From NCBI GenBank assembly GCA_965153455.1, contig OZ234494.1, positions 2,356,001 through 2,420,000 on the forward strand: a stretch of DNA of 64,000 nucleotides, written 5' to 3'. The first letter of the stretch is position 1; each line of letters begins with the position of its first letter. The notes beneath the pieces are model-generated. The model did no database searches. It saw nothing but the letters and a program-made list of their open reading frames with translations, and was not told the origin of the DNA. Shown here piece after piece: positions 28,801 to 42,188 of the stretch. Source of the stretch: Sphagnum compactum (Eukaryota). The position numbers were made by a program, and so were the translations under genes.

Positions 28801-31800
28801 CAATCTGATTCTGTTTTTCTTTTTTCTTTGCTAGCTTAGCATGAAGCCAGTAGCCTAGTGATAGTTCTTATGTTTTCTTTGCAAGTAGTAGTGTGTAGTC
28901 CCACCAACTACTTCACTGGTTCATTGGCCTTATAGGCCTGCAGGAACCAAAGTGGCCTCTATGTCACTGGAGAACTGGTTTTCAAGGAATATTTCTTTCT
29001 CTGGCTTCTTCATTTTGCTTGATCTCTCCTTGGTAGAGCCTGATGGAAGTGGGCTTGTCTGCAGCTTGAGCAATTAAATCAATAGAAGTGCCACATTCCC
29101 TTCATTCATGCACAGCACCTTCTGTGTTGCAGGTCAAGACTATATCCAAGTTCCTGAGTGATGGGCTTCAGGAGACGCGTGGAGCTTTGGACCTCTCATT
29201 TCCAGATGAAGCTATGGCAGAGGAAAAAATTCCATTCCTGGCACACCTGGCACATGCACTGAAGGACCTGTCCTACTTCCCTTATGAATCTTCAGGTGGA
29301 AGCTCTCGGTTTCGTAATCTCATTGCAGGCTTCATGCGCATCTACCACCGCATCCCTCTTACTCCTGCTGTAAGTTAATTTCCTTCGAATCTGCTATTGT
29401 GTGCACATGCTTGAGTATCTGGTCTCGATCAAAGTGATCAACACTTTCTTGTTGTGTCTGGGAATTTCTAGTATTGTACCTGATCAAGAAATGTTGTGAG
29501 ACGTGGAATTCAGTGACCTCCATTTGCAATTTTTCCTCATGTGTGAACATTAATTTATTGGTCATTCATAAGCACTTCTTTTACATTTTACAGAGTGTGG
29601 TGGTTTTTCCGTCGAGGGCTGCGACCATAGAAAACTTCCTCCGTGTGTTCTCACCCAGATTGGCCCTGGTCGATGCCAGCCTCACACGTTATCTGCCCAA
29701 AAAATGGCTCACTGCACTACCAGCTGTGGTAAAGTTGCTTTGCTCTCTTTGTAATATACTTGTGATTGTCCTCTTGTAGGCCTGTAGCATTGTGGATGCT
29801 CCATGTAGTGAGCTGGTGGGGTCTTCATCACTGCAGACAGCTGAACTTCTATTTTCCAGGCACTACTTTATTTCCTTTGCCCGGCTTGTGCAACATACTA
29901 TAGGGCAAAAATGAATTGGAACATGATTTGAGCAATGCAGGCCATCAATACAAAAGTTGCTCCTCAATCAAACAATACTGTGACAGTGGTGGAAGCGCCT
30001 CACCGATCAGACCTTGTTATGAGGTTGCTGAAGAACCTGAAACCCCAGATCGTTATAACAAGTCTTGAAGATTTTGAAATGCACACATCCACAGCGTTTG
30101 AGCAGCTCCTAGAGGCAACCTCTAGCATTGGAGCACGTTTGGTCTTAGACATCTCAGACCACCTGGAACTTTCAAGCTTGCCTGGCACAAATGGCGTGCT
30201 GCAGTTCCTGGCTTCCCATCCTCTCCCAATGCATGCAACCATCATTTGTGGTCTTGTGAGAAACAAGGTTTGATCTTCAGCTAAGCCACTTGATGCTAGG
30301 GAAGGAAATTGACTATTGAGGAGGAATTGTCATGAAGAAACAGCCATAGCAGTGTTGCCTGCAAGTGTCATACTTTGCTGGTGGTCAATGTTTTCATGTT
30401 GGAGCTGCTCATTTAGCTTAGTGGTAGAAATTGTTCTAAGTATGATAAAGAATGGCTCTTTCCTTGAACCCTAAACTGCTGAAACAGTGGGTGCTAAGGG
30501 TTGACAAATTTGTAGATACTCATCATGTGTGCTGCAAAACATTAGGGCTCAACCTACTGACAGTTGGGAGGTTGGATTCTACTTGCCAGGTTTACTCGGA
30601 CCTTGAAGCAGCATTTGTCATGTCTGAGAATGAAACGCTGCTAAACATGCTGGCAAAGACTGGAGACATCACTTATGGCCGCACTGGCATTTCTAGTCAA
30701 TTTTACTATGGCTGTCTTTTCCATGAGCTCCTTAGCTTCCAGCTTCCTGAACGCCACATAACTGAGCAGGTTTTGACTTCCCTGCTAGTTTTAGCTAGCT
30801 TGCTATAAGATGAAGGGTTCTCCAGCTTCTCTCGATTGTCACTTTGTTTGAGTTTTTTATCAGTCTGCTTCATTTTGGTTCCATTTAGGTTTCATTCTTT
30901 GTTTGTTTATTGGTGAACCTGTTGTAGGTTGGGAACTTGCATCTTGTAAGTACCACTTTAGATGTACTTAGTAGATATGTGTACATATGGTACCAATGTT
31001 TATGTTACAAAGCGTCCCTTTATTTTCCAGCTGTTGCTGCATTGTTCCCTTAGTAAGTAGGACAAAGGGTTAACTTTCAGCTCCACTGTCTTCTACAGAG
31101 GCTGCCCAAGGTAGAAGACAAGCAGACAAACACTATTAATTTCTCAGCAAGCACACTTGCAGCAATCAGTGAAGTAGAGGATGTTCACCTCAACAAAGAG
31201 CACCCTACAATTTGCATGGATTTTCACGAGAACGCACTCCCTGTTCCTCCAGCAGTCAAAATGTGTGTCTTTGAAGGCTTTGCCCGGCAGAACATTGCAG
31301 AGGCAGAGATGGACCTGAAACCTGAAATCAGCCACTTTCTCAAGAGCAGGTTTGGGCTGCCATCAACATACAGTGAAGAGCTCATTCTGAGCAATACGCT
31401 GATCTCTCTTTTCGCCACATTAGTGCTTGCCTGTGTGGAGGAGAATGGTACGCTTGTTTTTCCTATGGGATCTGATGGGACCTATGTGTCTGCTGCAAAG
31501 TTTTTGGAAGCAAAAGTGGAAAGGTTGCCGACAGATGCAGCCAATTCTTTCAAGGCAACAGCAGAACAAATTGACTTGTTCCTGCAAGGCATCCAAAAGC
31601 CATGGCTGTACCTCTCAGGCCCAACCGTGAGTCCAACTGGGGCAGTTTACACCAATGATGAGATCCTGGCCATTCTTGCTGTGTGCAAGAAACATGGTGC
31701 GAGGGTGATTCTTGATACTTCGTACTCTGGTCTTGAATACAATGCTGAAGCAAATTCAGCAACATGGAACTTAGAGCAAGCAATCTCAGAGCATCCTAGG

Positions 31801-32545
31801 GGGTGCTCATCTTCATACGCAATTCTATTTGTTGGGGGCTTTTCCAGTGTGCTGATGACAGGTGGGCTTGAGTTTGGATTTGCAGCAGTTTCTGACACAG
31901 TCTATGTAGATATCTTCAAGGATGTGCCCACTGTGAGTCGGCCTCATGGCACCCTCAAATACACCATCAAGAAACTCTTGGGCATGATGGACCAGGAAAT
32001 CTTGGCCAAGGGCTTGGAGGAGCAGAAGCAGCTGCTTCAGTTCCGTGCACAAAGATTGTCTAAGGTAAATGGATGCATTTTTTTGTGTATTGAGTTGCCA
32101 TAGTCCACACTCTTTAATGTTTTGTTTGTGTACTCAAAAGTCCTCAAGATTTTCGTGGAGGTTTTATATTACTGCCCTGCCTGTCTAGTGGTGAAGTCTC
32201 ATTGTTCTATTGTCATTGCAATTGATTCCTTTTTCATATCTTTTTGCAACGCAGTTGCTTACCCTCTGTGGATGGGAGGTGATTGAGCCTTGTGGTGGAG
32301 CATCTATGGTGGCAAAGCCATCAGCTTACATGGGTAGGATTGTAAAGGGAGGTGCATTTGGAGATAAGAAACTGGAGAGCCACAACATCTGTGATGCAAT
32401 TCTCAAAGAAACTGGCCTCATGGTCAGCAGCAGCTCGTGGACAGGTATCCCTGATTACTTCCGTTTCATGATTGCACTCACAGACACAGACTTTGCCAAC
32501 GCCCTCAATGCACTCCTGAAGTTCAGAGATTCTGTGTTCAGCTAA
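25821..32545 (+). CDS. MMT: Methionine S-methyltransferase (SAM:Met S-methyltransferase; N-terminal class I MTase + C-terminal aminotransferase-like domain), ~1094 aa
   Basis: Exons: 25821-26091, 26509-26705, 27042-27248, 27593-27688, 28084-28272, 28560-28748, 29133-29369, 29594-29728, 29941-30267, 30590-30769, 31099-32064, 32255-32545. Total 3285 nt; intron 2 is GC-AG. Motifs: PSIFVPEDWSFTFFEG, SAM-binding VAELGCGNGW, VYGLDINPRA, GCIPQILNP, GFVEDQFGLGL, FNIGGRPG, HRFEFFMG, SGPTVSPTG. Confidence 0.95.
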
Positions 32546-32633
32546 GTATGTATTTCAAACTCCCCCAAAGGCACTACACAAGTTCAAAGATTCTGTGCCC
32601 AGCTAGTATGTATTTCAATTTCCTCACAAGGCA
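32519..32633 (+). repeat. Imperfect 61-bp tandem duplication spanning the MMT stop codon
   Basis: aagttcagagattctgtgttcagctaagtatgtatttcaa (32519) versus aagttcaaagattctgtgcccagctagtatgtatttcaa (32580). Confidence 0.85.
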
Positions 32634-33059
32634 TGAGGTTCCATTGACAATGAGGACAAAAAATATGTTCCTCTTGTATAAACACTTTGGAGTGGTTAAT
32701 TGCAGTGCATAGGCATTTGCAGAAGTGACTTAAATAGTTTGGTGAACATAAGGGTATAGCAGAGCACCCACTCTTTCTGAGCCCAATGCTCTATCAACTC
32801 TTGACAACTTGCCACTAGGTGATCACAGATATTCTTTTCTAATTGGTTTATTTGGCTTTTAAAATTGATGCATCTAATACTATTGAAAGGGGATCCGTGA
32901 TTTGCTTTTATAGCTTTCAGTCTCTTAGCTTCGGCAAACACTATCCTGGGGAGGTCACATTAAGCTGATTACTTCTGGTTCGATTGTGTGGTTGGCAAAA
33001 CTGCTGCTATTTTTATATTTGATGAGCGACTGACTCAGTAGAATGCCTATATAAATTCT

Positions 33060-36017
33060 TCAACCCTGGTTGCTGCTATTGGTGTACTTGCTACTACAAG
33101 GGATCCGTAGCAGAAAAGTGAAGCCACTCCCACACTGAATGAAGGTTTGGATATTGATGCCATCATTAGTCTGGCTACCCACCATGCTACAAGGATCTGA
33201 AGGTAGGCCTTTCCTTCCAAGCACAACTCGCTGTGGAATATTTTGATCTTCTGTGGTGCTGAGACCGAGCTGGCCATGTTCTGCCCATCCCCATACCATC
33301 ACTTCCCCATCCTCTGCAAATTCAGGCATTGAACCCAATTGCTGTTAACATTCAACATTGGACCTGATTGCTTTGAAATTCAGTTTTCTCATGGTGTTTT
33401 GTTGGCTAGCAAGAGGTTGGTCTGTGGCCTTCTTACTTACCAAAGACAGCAGCTGAGTGCTCTGATCCAGCTGCCACCACAAGTGCCCGCATCCCCAACC
33501 TCCCAACTTTTGGAAGACACAGGAATCGTTCTGAAAATACCTCCTGGCTCAACTGTTCAGAGATTTTGCACCCTGCACTTGCTGTATCCAGGCAAGACAT
33601 AGAAACTTCCTGCGTATTCTCAACTTCAATGTGTGATGGAGAGTCCATGCTCTGTATCTTGTTGTTTTGCTGTGTTCCAAGTCTTGTTGGTTTGGAATCT
33701 TGCATTATTACCCCTAGTTGTCCATACCGATTGCTGCCCCATGCATAGACCTGCCTGTCCTTTGCTGGATTCAATAAAGACTAGAATCAGTCCCAGAATA
33801 AAATGATTTACAACAGTGTAGAAGATTCAGAGGTGAACAAGATGTGTCTGCTCTAGATAATTGAGGAAAACATGCTGATGTCGGTACCCTTATTGGATTC
33901 AAAACTCATGCTATTTGTCTCAAGGACAGCCTTCCAGTCCCAACTGTCAAATTCAGAAAAAGGTTCTAATTCGTGAGCAGTCAAACAAACAACACATGGT
34001 AGGTGCTCATCTTCTCCAACTAAGGAGCACACACATAGCAACATGAGGAACTGACTGCAGATGTGGCACTCGTATCTCCCAGCATCCTAGAGCTAACTCC
34101 TAATTGCTGATAAAAGCATACACAGCAAAAGACCATAACAACTCCATGTATGCATCTCACTGTTCAAGAGTGAACTTTGTCTTTCATGAATACCAGAAAC
34201 ATACTGCTATGCAAACATTTACAGAGTCGAGAGAGAGAGAGAGAGAGAGGCACCTGAAATAGCAAGACCGTGGCTCCAACCAAGAGAGACTTGACAAATC
34301 TTAACACCCAACGCTGCTGCACAAGGGACAGATATGTCTCTGTTGTTGCAGAATCCTCTTCCCCACAGATACAATTGCCCTGTCACTGGAGAAAGGAAAC
34401 AAGTACCTGAATCATGACCTTTTGCACCTCAGTTCCTAACCATGCAAGTAAAAACCACAAGTAGTACAAACTTCTCTGGATGAAAAACACAAACCTGTAA
34501 GAGTAGCACTGTGGTCACCGTTGGCAGATATGGCAACAAGTTTCTTTGAGTTCAAGGTTGTAATACTCTGAGGCTTTGAGATGCACCGAACATTCTTAGT
34601 TCCTTCTGTTTGTGGTTGTTGAGGAATTTCGATTCCAAGCTGACCTCGCCTGTTCGACCCAAATGCATATACTGCTGTTTCCTCTGATGGCCCTGATGCA
34701 AATGCCAGTCAGTCACACAGATTTCCAAATTATACACCTGAAGACAGGCTAGGCAGGCTTAAAGAAAGAGCCAAACACAGTTTCCCACAGCTAGTTGCAC
34801 TGTGGACATTCTTTACCTTGAACAAGTGCAAGAGTGTGGCGCATGCCACAAGCAACCATGGTGACAAACAAGGATGTGAGATGCTCAACGAGGCATGGCA
34901 GGAATCGTGTTTCGGTGTCTCCAAGTCCAAGCTGCCCAAATGTCCCATCCCCGCATGTGTAAAGCCCTCCACTCTCTACAACCAAGATATCATCAGACCT
35001 GGAGGAGGCTCATGATGCCATCCAACTGAACACCACGATTCAAGATGATGTACATTGTCTTGAGAGAATGGGGCCTAGCAGACCTGTAACAAAGGCAGTG
35101 TGGTTCCAACCAGCAGCAGCACTAGAGATCTTAATACCCTGCAGAGATTTAACTGGATTCGGCAAGTTCCAGCTGGATTCATTTCCATGCCCAAGAGCAC
35201 CAGAAAGCCCACGTCCCCATGTCATTGCTTCACCATTCCCTACAGCATCAAACAAAAGTGAGGAAAAAAAAATCCTTTTCCACAGCCAGCCCCAAATTTC
35301 TTCAACCTAATCCTAGGTTCAACAAAAGCTTGTTCTACTGAAACAAAGTAAAGTGGCATGCAATGGACATGCATTGCCTGGAAGCTTTGCATCTATATCC
35401 ACGAAGTTCCAAACGCTAATTCTGAACCCCTGAGAATGTGACAAAGTGGTCGGTGCACAGTCTCTTAATACCCCACACATGATGCAAGAAGGACCATTCC
35501 AAACCCTAATTCTGAACCCCTGAGAGTGCGACAAACCAGTGCAGTGCACAGTCTTTTGATGCCTTGCGCATGATGCAAGAAGGACCATTCCAAACCCTAA
35601 TTCTGAACCCCTGAGAATGTGACAAAGCAGTCAGTGCACAGTCTCTTGACGCCCTGGTCATGATGCAAGGACCATGCAGAGTGAATTCAGACATGGAAAC
35701 ATGCACCATCAAGCTCTCCAGAAACCAGTGAACAAACAATCCACCAGAATCGGCAACCCCCTGAGGAAGGAAAACCTTCAAGAGAGAGAGCGAGAGAGAG
35801 AGAGAGAGAGAGAGAGAGCACAACAGCAAAAACATGAACGAGGAACGACCCATTTACCTAGAACGGCAACAGCATGAGATCCACCACAGGCAATCTGGAG
35901 CACGTCTTTCCCACTGAGTGCACATACAAGGTGTGGGGTGAAGGCATCGCAGTCGGAGCCAGAAGCCAGCTGCCCGTGAGTTCCTGCGCCCCAACTCCAC
36001 ACTTCGGATCCCCTCAT
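33060..36017 (-). CDS. RCC1-repeat (UVR8/RCC1-like beta-propeller) protein, ~460 aa; resembles the Arabidopsis SAB1-type RCC1 family
   Basis: Minus-strand exons: 36017-35858, 35239-35084, 34975-34817, 34692-34495, 34385-34254, 33764-33441, 33313-33060. Total 1383 nt, all GT-AG, all phase 1. Seven RCC1 blades: VWSWGAGTHGQL..IACGGSH, MTWGRGLSGALG..AAGWNH, LYTCGDGTFGQLG..VACGMRH, VYAFGSNRRGQLG..SANGDH, LYLWGRGF..SLGWSH, VYAWGSNRYGQLG..AAGSEH, MVWGWAEHGQLG..CGSGFT. It lacks the UVR8 GWRHT triad. The SAB1 resemblance is from memory. Confidence 0.9.
35407..35674. repeat. ~90-bp tandem repeat x3 in intron 1 of the RCC1 gene
   Basis: Units start at 35407, 35497 and 35588: ttccaaac(c/g)ctaattctgaacccctgaga.tg.gacaaa...gtgcacagtct...catgatgcaag(aa)ggacca. 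Confidence 0.95.
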
Positions 36018-36250
36018 CTTGCAACGAACACTGTTGTTGTTCTTCGCCCGCCTGCTGGCTGTTCAAGCCAGTTGGTCGTCCCCAATCTCTACACCCCTTC
36101 TTCTTCTTCTTCTTCTTCTTCTTCTAGTGCTCTCTAATTTCCAAAATAACAAACTTCGCACGCGCATCTTGCTAAATGCACAACACCATCGCCAAATTCT
36201 TCTCCTCCTCCTCCTCTTCCCCAAAAGCTTTTCACAGCAACAACTTAACA

Positions 36251-36287
36251 AAACCCTAGGGACAAAACCCTAACCCTAAACCCCTAA
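36251..36287. promoter_or_regulatory. Cluster of telo-box-like motifs upstream of the RCC1 gene
   Basis: aaaccctag, aaaccctaaccctaaacccctaa lie ~230-270 bp upstream of the ATG at 36017, beyond a (GAA)n leader at 36098-36124. Confidence 0.45.
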
Positions 36288-38171
36288 CTACCCTACATGC
36301 CGCATGCACATGAAAAAGCACATGCAAAATATTATTTAAATACCTTCTCAAAATTACTTACCCCTTCCTTTCTTTTCTAATCACTACTTCACTCCTTTCT
36401 TTCCCCCTAGTCATTTACATGAACATGAAAATGCACATAATTATTTCACCCATAATTTCACCAAATTAATTGCAATTAGAAAGTGGGTGGCAAGGGGTTT
36501 TTTTTTTTTTTTTTTGGGTCAAATTTTGTGAGGTCAAAAACCCTAAAACCCTAAACATGTTTTAATTACATGATATCTATATCTTCACAAAAATCTCAAT
36601 GATTTCAATCAAGTGGGTGGGTGACCTTGTATATGACAAACACAAAGTGTTTATAACTTTTTCTAAATCTTCACCCTTCATTCATTCATTGATAGTGCAA
36701 ATTTGGAAAACCAAATCATATCCAATTTTGAATGAAGAAATTCAAAGAGTATTGGTACACTTGAAAACATATGGAATTAGCGGGTTGGTACATAGTAGTA
36801 CATAAATACTACATTACATACCTTCTTTACATGCAAAGAAAAACAAGGAGTGTTGTCACACTTGTGGCCTTGCCATTTTACATTAAGAAAGTATAATTAA
36901 GGCAAGAGAAGAAGAATTAATTATGGAAATTCAAATATTTCACCATGCAAAAATATAATCTTCTAAAAGAAACCAAAATCTTTCAAGATATTATTATAAC
37001 TCTATAATAACTAATCTCAAGTTTCAACACAAGAGCCAAAAAAATATCTATCATCTTTCAAAAATCCTCATATTAAAAAATAAATAGACCTACTTACTAC
37101 TACTACCTAGGGGCCGAAATCCCTTAAGCAACTTATACTCTTTATAACGAATCTAAACACAATATCCTTGCCTTGGTAGTAAGTAGGCAAGGCCAACAAA
37201 ACAAGGTTCTTTTTTATTTGCTAATTTGGTTGGCCATATACGGACCAACAAACGACCTATGCAACGTGATGGATGGATGGATGGGGATGATGGACATGTC
37301 AACTTAATTAAAATTCATCCACATGGATGTCGGCTCTCATTGGCCCAACAATGTGATTGATGTTGGTTGTGGTGGATGAATTTGTCATGACACATTGGCT
37401 CTCATTGACCCAACAACAATAATGTGGTTTCATAGCCCATTGCTTCTTGGATGAGAGAAAATGTCATAGTCATTTTGTTCATGGATGAAAAGAGGGCATC
37501 TTGATTGTCATTACTACAATGATCGGGTATGGTGGGTAACAACCAACCAAACGAGAGGACATTGGTTACAAGGAATAATATGTGAGACAACATGGGATGG
37601 ATGTTAAACCCTAAACCTTGTGTCGACTATTCCCCTTAACAAATAAGCACCACCCTCGCACTTGTTAGATGTACCTAGCCCGTAACATGGTTCCAATGGA
37701 TGAATTTTCTAGTGGCGGTTCATTCTGGCCAATTTTCCCAAGTTTTGCCGTCCTTAGGTCCCCCTCACCTCCCACAATAATAATTTGTAAAGGGCCCCAT
37801 CCCTAGGGTAAAAATTAAAGAAGACCACTTGCATGTAGAATCAGCTTTAAATGAAATGGGCCTATTCTTTAGACCTACTAAAAAGTGATGGAAAATGTCA
37901 TAGTATTTTTGTAAAAACTTGCATGAGTGAAAAATTGGAAATTTAAAAAAAAAAAAATTAAATTGTTTTTGGGTCCTTGGAAATTCAGTTTGTGGATAGA
38001 ATTTGGCTTGGGTCATGGGATGATTTACCAAAGATAAATGAGGTTTTGTATTTCATCCATTTTGCATGGGATCTAACAGGGTCCAAGTCATCCTACCGAT
38101 AACATACAAAAATTTCATCCAACACAACCCTATTTTTTCCTCATGGTTTTGTTCAAACTTGTCGCAAAGAT

Positions 38172-38510
38172 GACATTACAGGATTGGCCGGTTGATGATT
38201 GAAGTCACAAAATATTTCATCCAACGCATGCATGCCCATTTAAAAGATGCACGACTTTAAAGACCCAATAGTCAAGTTTTCAAGTTTTGTTGTTTGCCTT
38301 AAGGCCCTCCAAGCTAAAACCCTAAGTGAATGAATGTCCCAGACATTACATGATTGGCCGGTTGGTTGATGATTGAAGTCACAAAATATTTCATCCAATG
38401 CATGCATGCCCATTCAAAAGATGCATGACTTTAAAGACCCATTAGTCAAGTTTTCAACTTTTGTTGAAGTTTGCCTTAAGGCCCTCCAAGCGTAAACCCT
38501 AAGTGAATGT
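38172..38510. repeat. ~170-bp tandem duplication (2 diverged copies)
   Basis: gacattaca(g/t)gattggccggttg...atttcatccaa.gcatgcatgccc...aaccctaagtgaatg starts at 38172 and 38342. Confidence 0.95.
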
Positions 38511-38511
38511 C

Positions 38512-38975
38512 CAGTGGTGCATAATAGTGTATATGGGCCTGCAAAAATAATTTTTCACATCCAAGTTTTAGTTATTTACTTTTTTTTCCAACCCCACCCA
38601 TAAAACTAAAACTGGGACTGCAAATAGATGGGAGACTAGTAATGGCAACCCACCTGAACCAATCAAACTATCTAGCGAATCAACAAGAGCACGTGTTGCA
38701 ATTTGAAAGAACTATCTTCATCTATTGTTAGACTTTTGTGTGCCTTATTACGAGCCTCAGCAAACTGTGCAAGATGGTGGGCCCAAACCATTTTGCCCAG
38801 CCAAACTGGCATGTTTTGATTTTTCTTCATTCAATTTTTAAACTCGAAGTTTCACAACTAAAAGATGATAGTATCCAGAATCCCTTTAAGGCTAACCCTA
38901 ACATTAACCTTATGCATGGTTTGTTGGGCCCTGCCCTCACAGGAACAAGGGTCTGTCGTCGCATTCGATCCAACT
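38512..38975. mobile_element. Probable non-autonomous dispersed repeat
   Basis: Discrete non-coding ~460-bp unit (cagtggtgcataatagtgtatatgggcc ... ggtttgttgggccctgcc). It resembles, from memory only, an abundant moss repeat. Not verifiable here. Confidence 0.3.
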
Positions 38976-41900
38976 TTTTTGTAACTTTTACCTTATTAAA
39001 AAAGGAAATTTTTTAATTCACACCCTTTTTTGGTTAAATTCACACCCTTTCTTCGCGCGTCCAATTTTATGCAGATTAAACTTTAAGAGTATCTTCCTTT
39101 ATCAGTTCAATTACTTCTGCGGGCAAGTTCTTGAGTTGTGCCCTGATTGACCACAGACACACTCAAATTTAATCTTCTCTAGATGAATGCATCGAGAATT
39201 GATCATTCTACCAAGCACTTCTCTAGACCCCCAATTCTCAAATTTTTCAAAAAATTGTAAGCATGAGTAATTTGATCTACATACACATATAGCCCAAAAT
39301 TGAACTAGAACCAAAACACAAGGGAGTGTTGCCTTATTATAAATAGGTTTAGGTTTTTTAGGTACATATATACAACTTCAATATAAAGGAAGAATTGCCT
39401 TTTACATTTTGGGCAATTTAATTGTATTTGATTGGTTGTACATAATTAATATTATGTAATCTTTATTTTGAATTGTGTGCACTAGTTGAACAAATTAATA
39501 TCACATAATTTTATTTTTTTGATTTAGTTGTATGCAATGGAAATGGAACCACACCACACTTGATTTTAAATTAAACCGATTTTAACTTTTTTTTGTAAAA
39601 ATGACCATAACTAGAGGTTTTAAAAAGTCAAAGAACTAGTCTCAAACGGACTAGAGGTTCCATAAAAACAAAAAAAAGAGAGTTAAAAAGTGGGATCAAA
39701 TGTTCCTTTTGAAATCAAGAACTAAACAATATTGATCTACATTAATGTTGGGTTTTTCTTTACTTTTGCAAGGAAACTTGAATTCTATTTGTAGAGTATA
39801 TAAATTATAATAGTTTCAATACTTTTGAATTTTGTTTCAATAAAATTTTAATTTGGAAAATCAAACCCAATTCCAATTAGGTTCTTGCTAACCCAAACCA
39901 AGGTGAGGGTTAATTTTCATTCTAGTCCAATTTTTGAAAAATCATATACCTTGTTCCAATTTTGGTTCTAATTCTACATATAAATAGAATCAAGAACTCG
40001 AGTTCAATTCTTAAATTAAAATTTAATTTTGGTTATGGTAATTAAGATCAGTTTTGATTTGGTTTTTAACTATTGAACCCATAACTGATAGTTCTAATTC
40101 ACCAAATTAAATACTTGCCCAACGTTAGTTTATATTAGTGTGAAATTTGGGGATTTAGGTCCAAACCCATGCGATCACCCTTTTGTTGGAATTGACACAA
40201 AGAACTAACATGTGGAACTAATCTTTTGCTAGATCCAAAATCAAAATTGTGAAAAGACGTTCTTAAACATAAGTTCAAGTTTCTTTTTACAAGAAATTGA
40301 TTTATGTTTTTTTCAAAAACTTAAGTGGGTTGAACTTTATAATTAAATATTAATTTTAATTAATTTTTGAACTTTATACCTATGTTGACTCTAATTTTAA
40401 TTTGTTGAAAAAAATTGTAATTATACAATTTTTAGCATTGGGGAATGCACATCGTGCACATAAAATTGGACTTGGTTTTTGAACTAATTTAAAGTTCTAA
40501 AATTTGAAATAAATGTGTTAAAATTGAAATGAAAGAGGTTAAAATCTGAAAAAAAACCAAGCTCAAACCCACACCTCAAGAACTTGGAAAAAATTTTAAA
40601 TGTCAAAACTTAAATAAAAGATTCTTTTAAGCAAAAATGCAAAAACAAATAATGTGTTAGAACCTCAATTGCAAATAATGGGTGTACATTGAACCATTAG
40701 TTTGTTCAAAATAACCCAAAAAACAAATTTAGACCATCAAATTTTGGAATATCATTGGCCTAAAAGAATTTTTGGGGGGGGGGACTTACACATAATTATA
40801 TTTTGATAACCATTAAAACAACAATTATTTTTTTACAATTCCCATTGGTCCTTTTTAATTTTCACACAAACTTAGCAAACCTTATTAAACATTCAATTAT
40901 TAGTTCACTCACAAAAATAATCTCAAACCACCAAATCCAAACATTTTTTCTTCACCTACACAAGCAGCCTATTCAAAACCCTTTGCATACAATTTTGTAA
41001 ACACAATAAATCAAAAAACACGAACTACACAAATATTGATATATAACACAATTAAAATTCATTAGTCACCAAAGTCTCAAGTCACATGTGATCGTAGTCG
41101 CAAATAACATGGATTGTGAATGAAAGAAAATAAATTAACAATTTTATTTTTTTTAATCTTTTCTTATTGCACTTGTTATATAACATGGGCATATATTTTT
41201 TTTGTCGTTACATGTATGGGACTTAATGACAAAAGGAAGCTAATGACATATTCGACAAGTAGGTTACACTTTGTGTGACATCAACAAGTGTTTGAAAAAT
41301 TCCCATTTCTAGTGGCCCTCACCTTCAAGTAGATCCAATTCAATAGGGTATGGTTTAGGGTAATCTCTCAATGTTGCATGCATTTCTTCATGTTAAGTAA
41401 CTTGTGGTTTGGAGATTGCATTGCATTTTGTCCAAAGTTGAAAGGGTATTATTATAATCATGGAATGAACTCAAACGGCAAATCTCATAATCAAAAATTT
41501 CAATGACAAAATTTTGAGAAGTTGGTATATGAATGATTTTTTGCATAATTTTTCGTAGATTCGTAAAATCTATCGTACTACTACTACGATCGTTCCTAAA
41601 CAATTTTAGAGACAATTATAGAAACAACTCATAAATTATTTCATCATTTTTCAACATAATTACCTCATTTCTTAATAATTACCTTACTCTTTCTCCTTAC
41701 TAATAGGTAGGAATATGAATTTTTTTAAAAATTTTTATTTTCAAGCTCAATTATCTCATTACTTTGTTAATAACTATCTCGCTTTAAAAAAAAAAAGTTT
41801 ATTTCCTTTTTTTTAAACCTTACTCACCATGGATATAATGTTTAATATAATCTAAATTAAATTTAAAATTGATATAAATAATAACAAAATATTAAAAATC

Positions 41901-42154
41901 AAATGAGAACATGATAAGAAAAGCAAAAAAAAGTTAAACATGAATGTGTCCAAAAACATCTCTTTATTTTTCTGGTAATACGAGAGCCCACATCACCCAA
42001 ACCATTATTATTATTATTATTAATTAATTTATTAATTATTATTTTTGGGGTTTTTTTTCTTGATGTGTGTGCATTAGTAAATTTTTGCGACAAAATGGCC
42101 AATGAAAGCCAATCACATTACGTAATGGTTTATTAAAATGTACATGTCACAATA

Positions 42155-42188
<34 letters not shown>

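Noticed and set aside
31825..31885. Missing PLP-binding lysine in the MMT C-terminal domain (GGFSSVLMTGG) as a sign of pseudogenisation
   Set aside because: The gene is otherwise intact and, from memory, the aminotransferase-like domain of plant MMTs is generally degenerate at this motif.
33060..36017. UVR8 photoreceptor
   Set aside because: It has the RCC1 fold but no repeated GWRHT motifs and no C-terminal VP motif.
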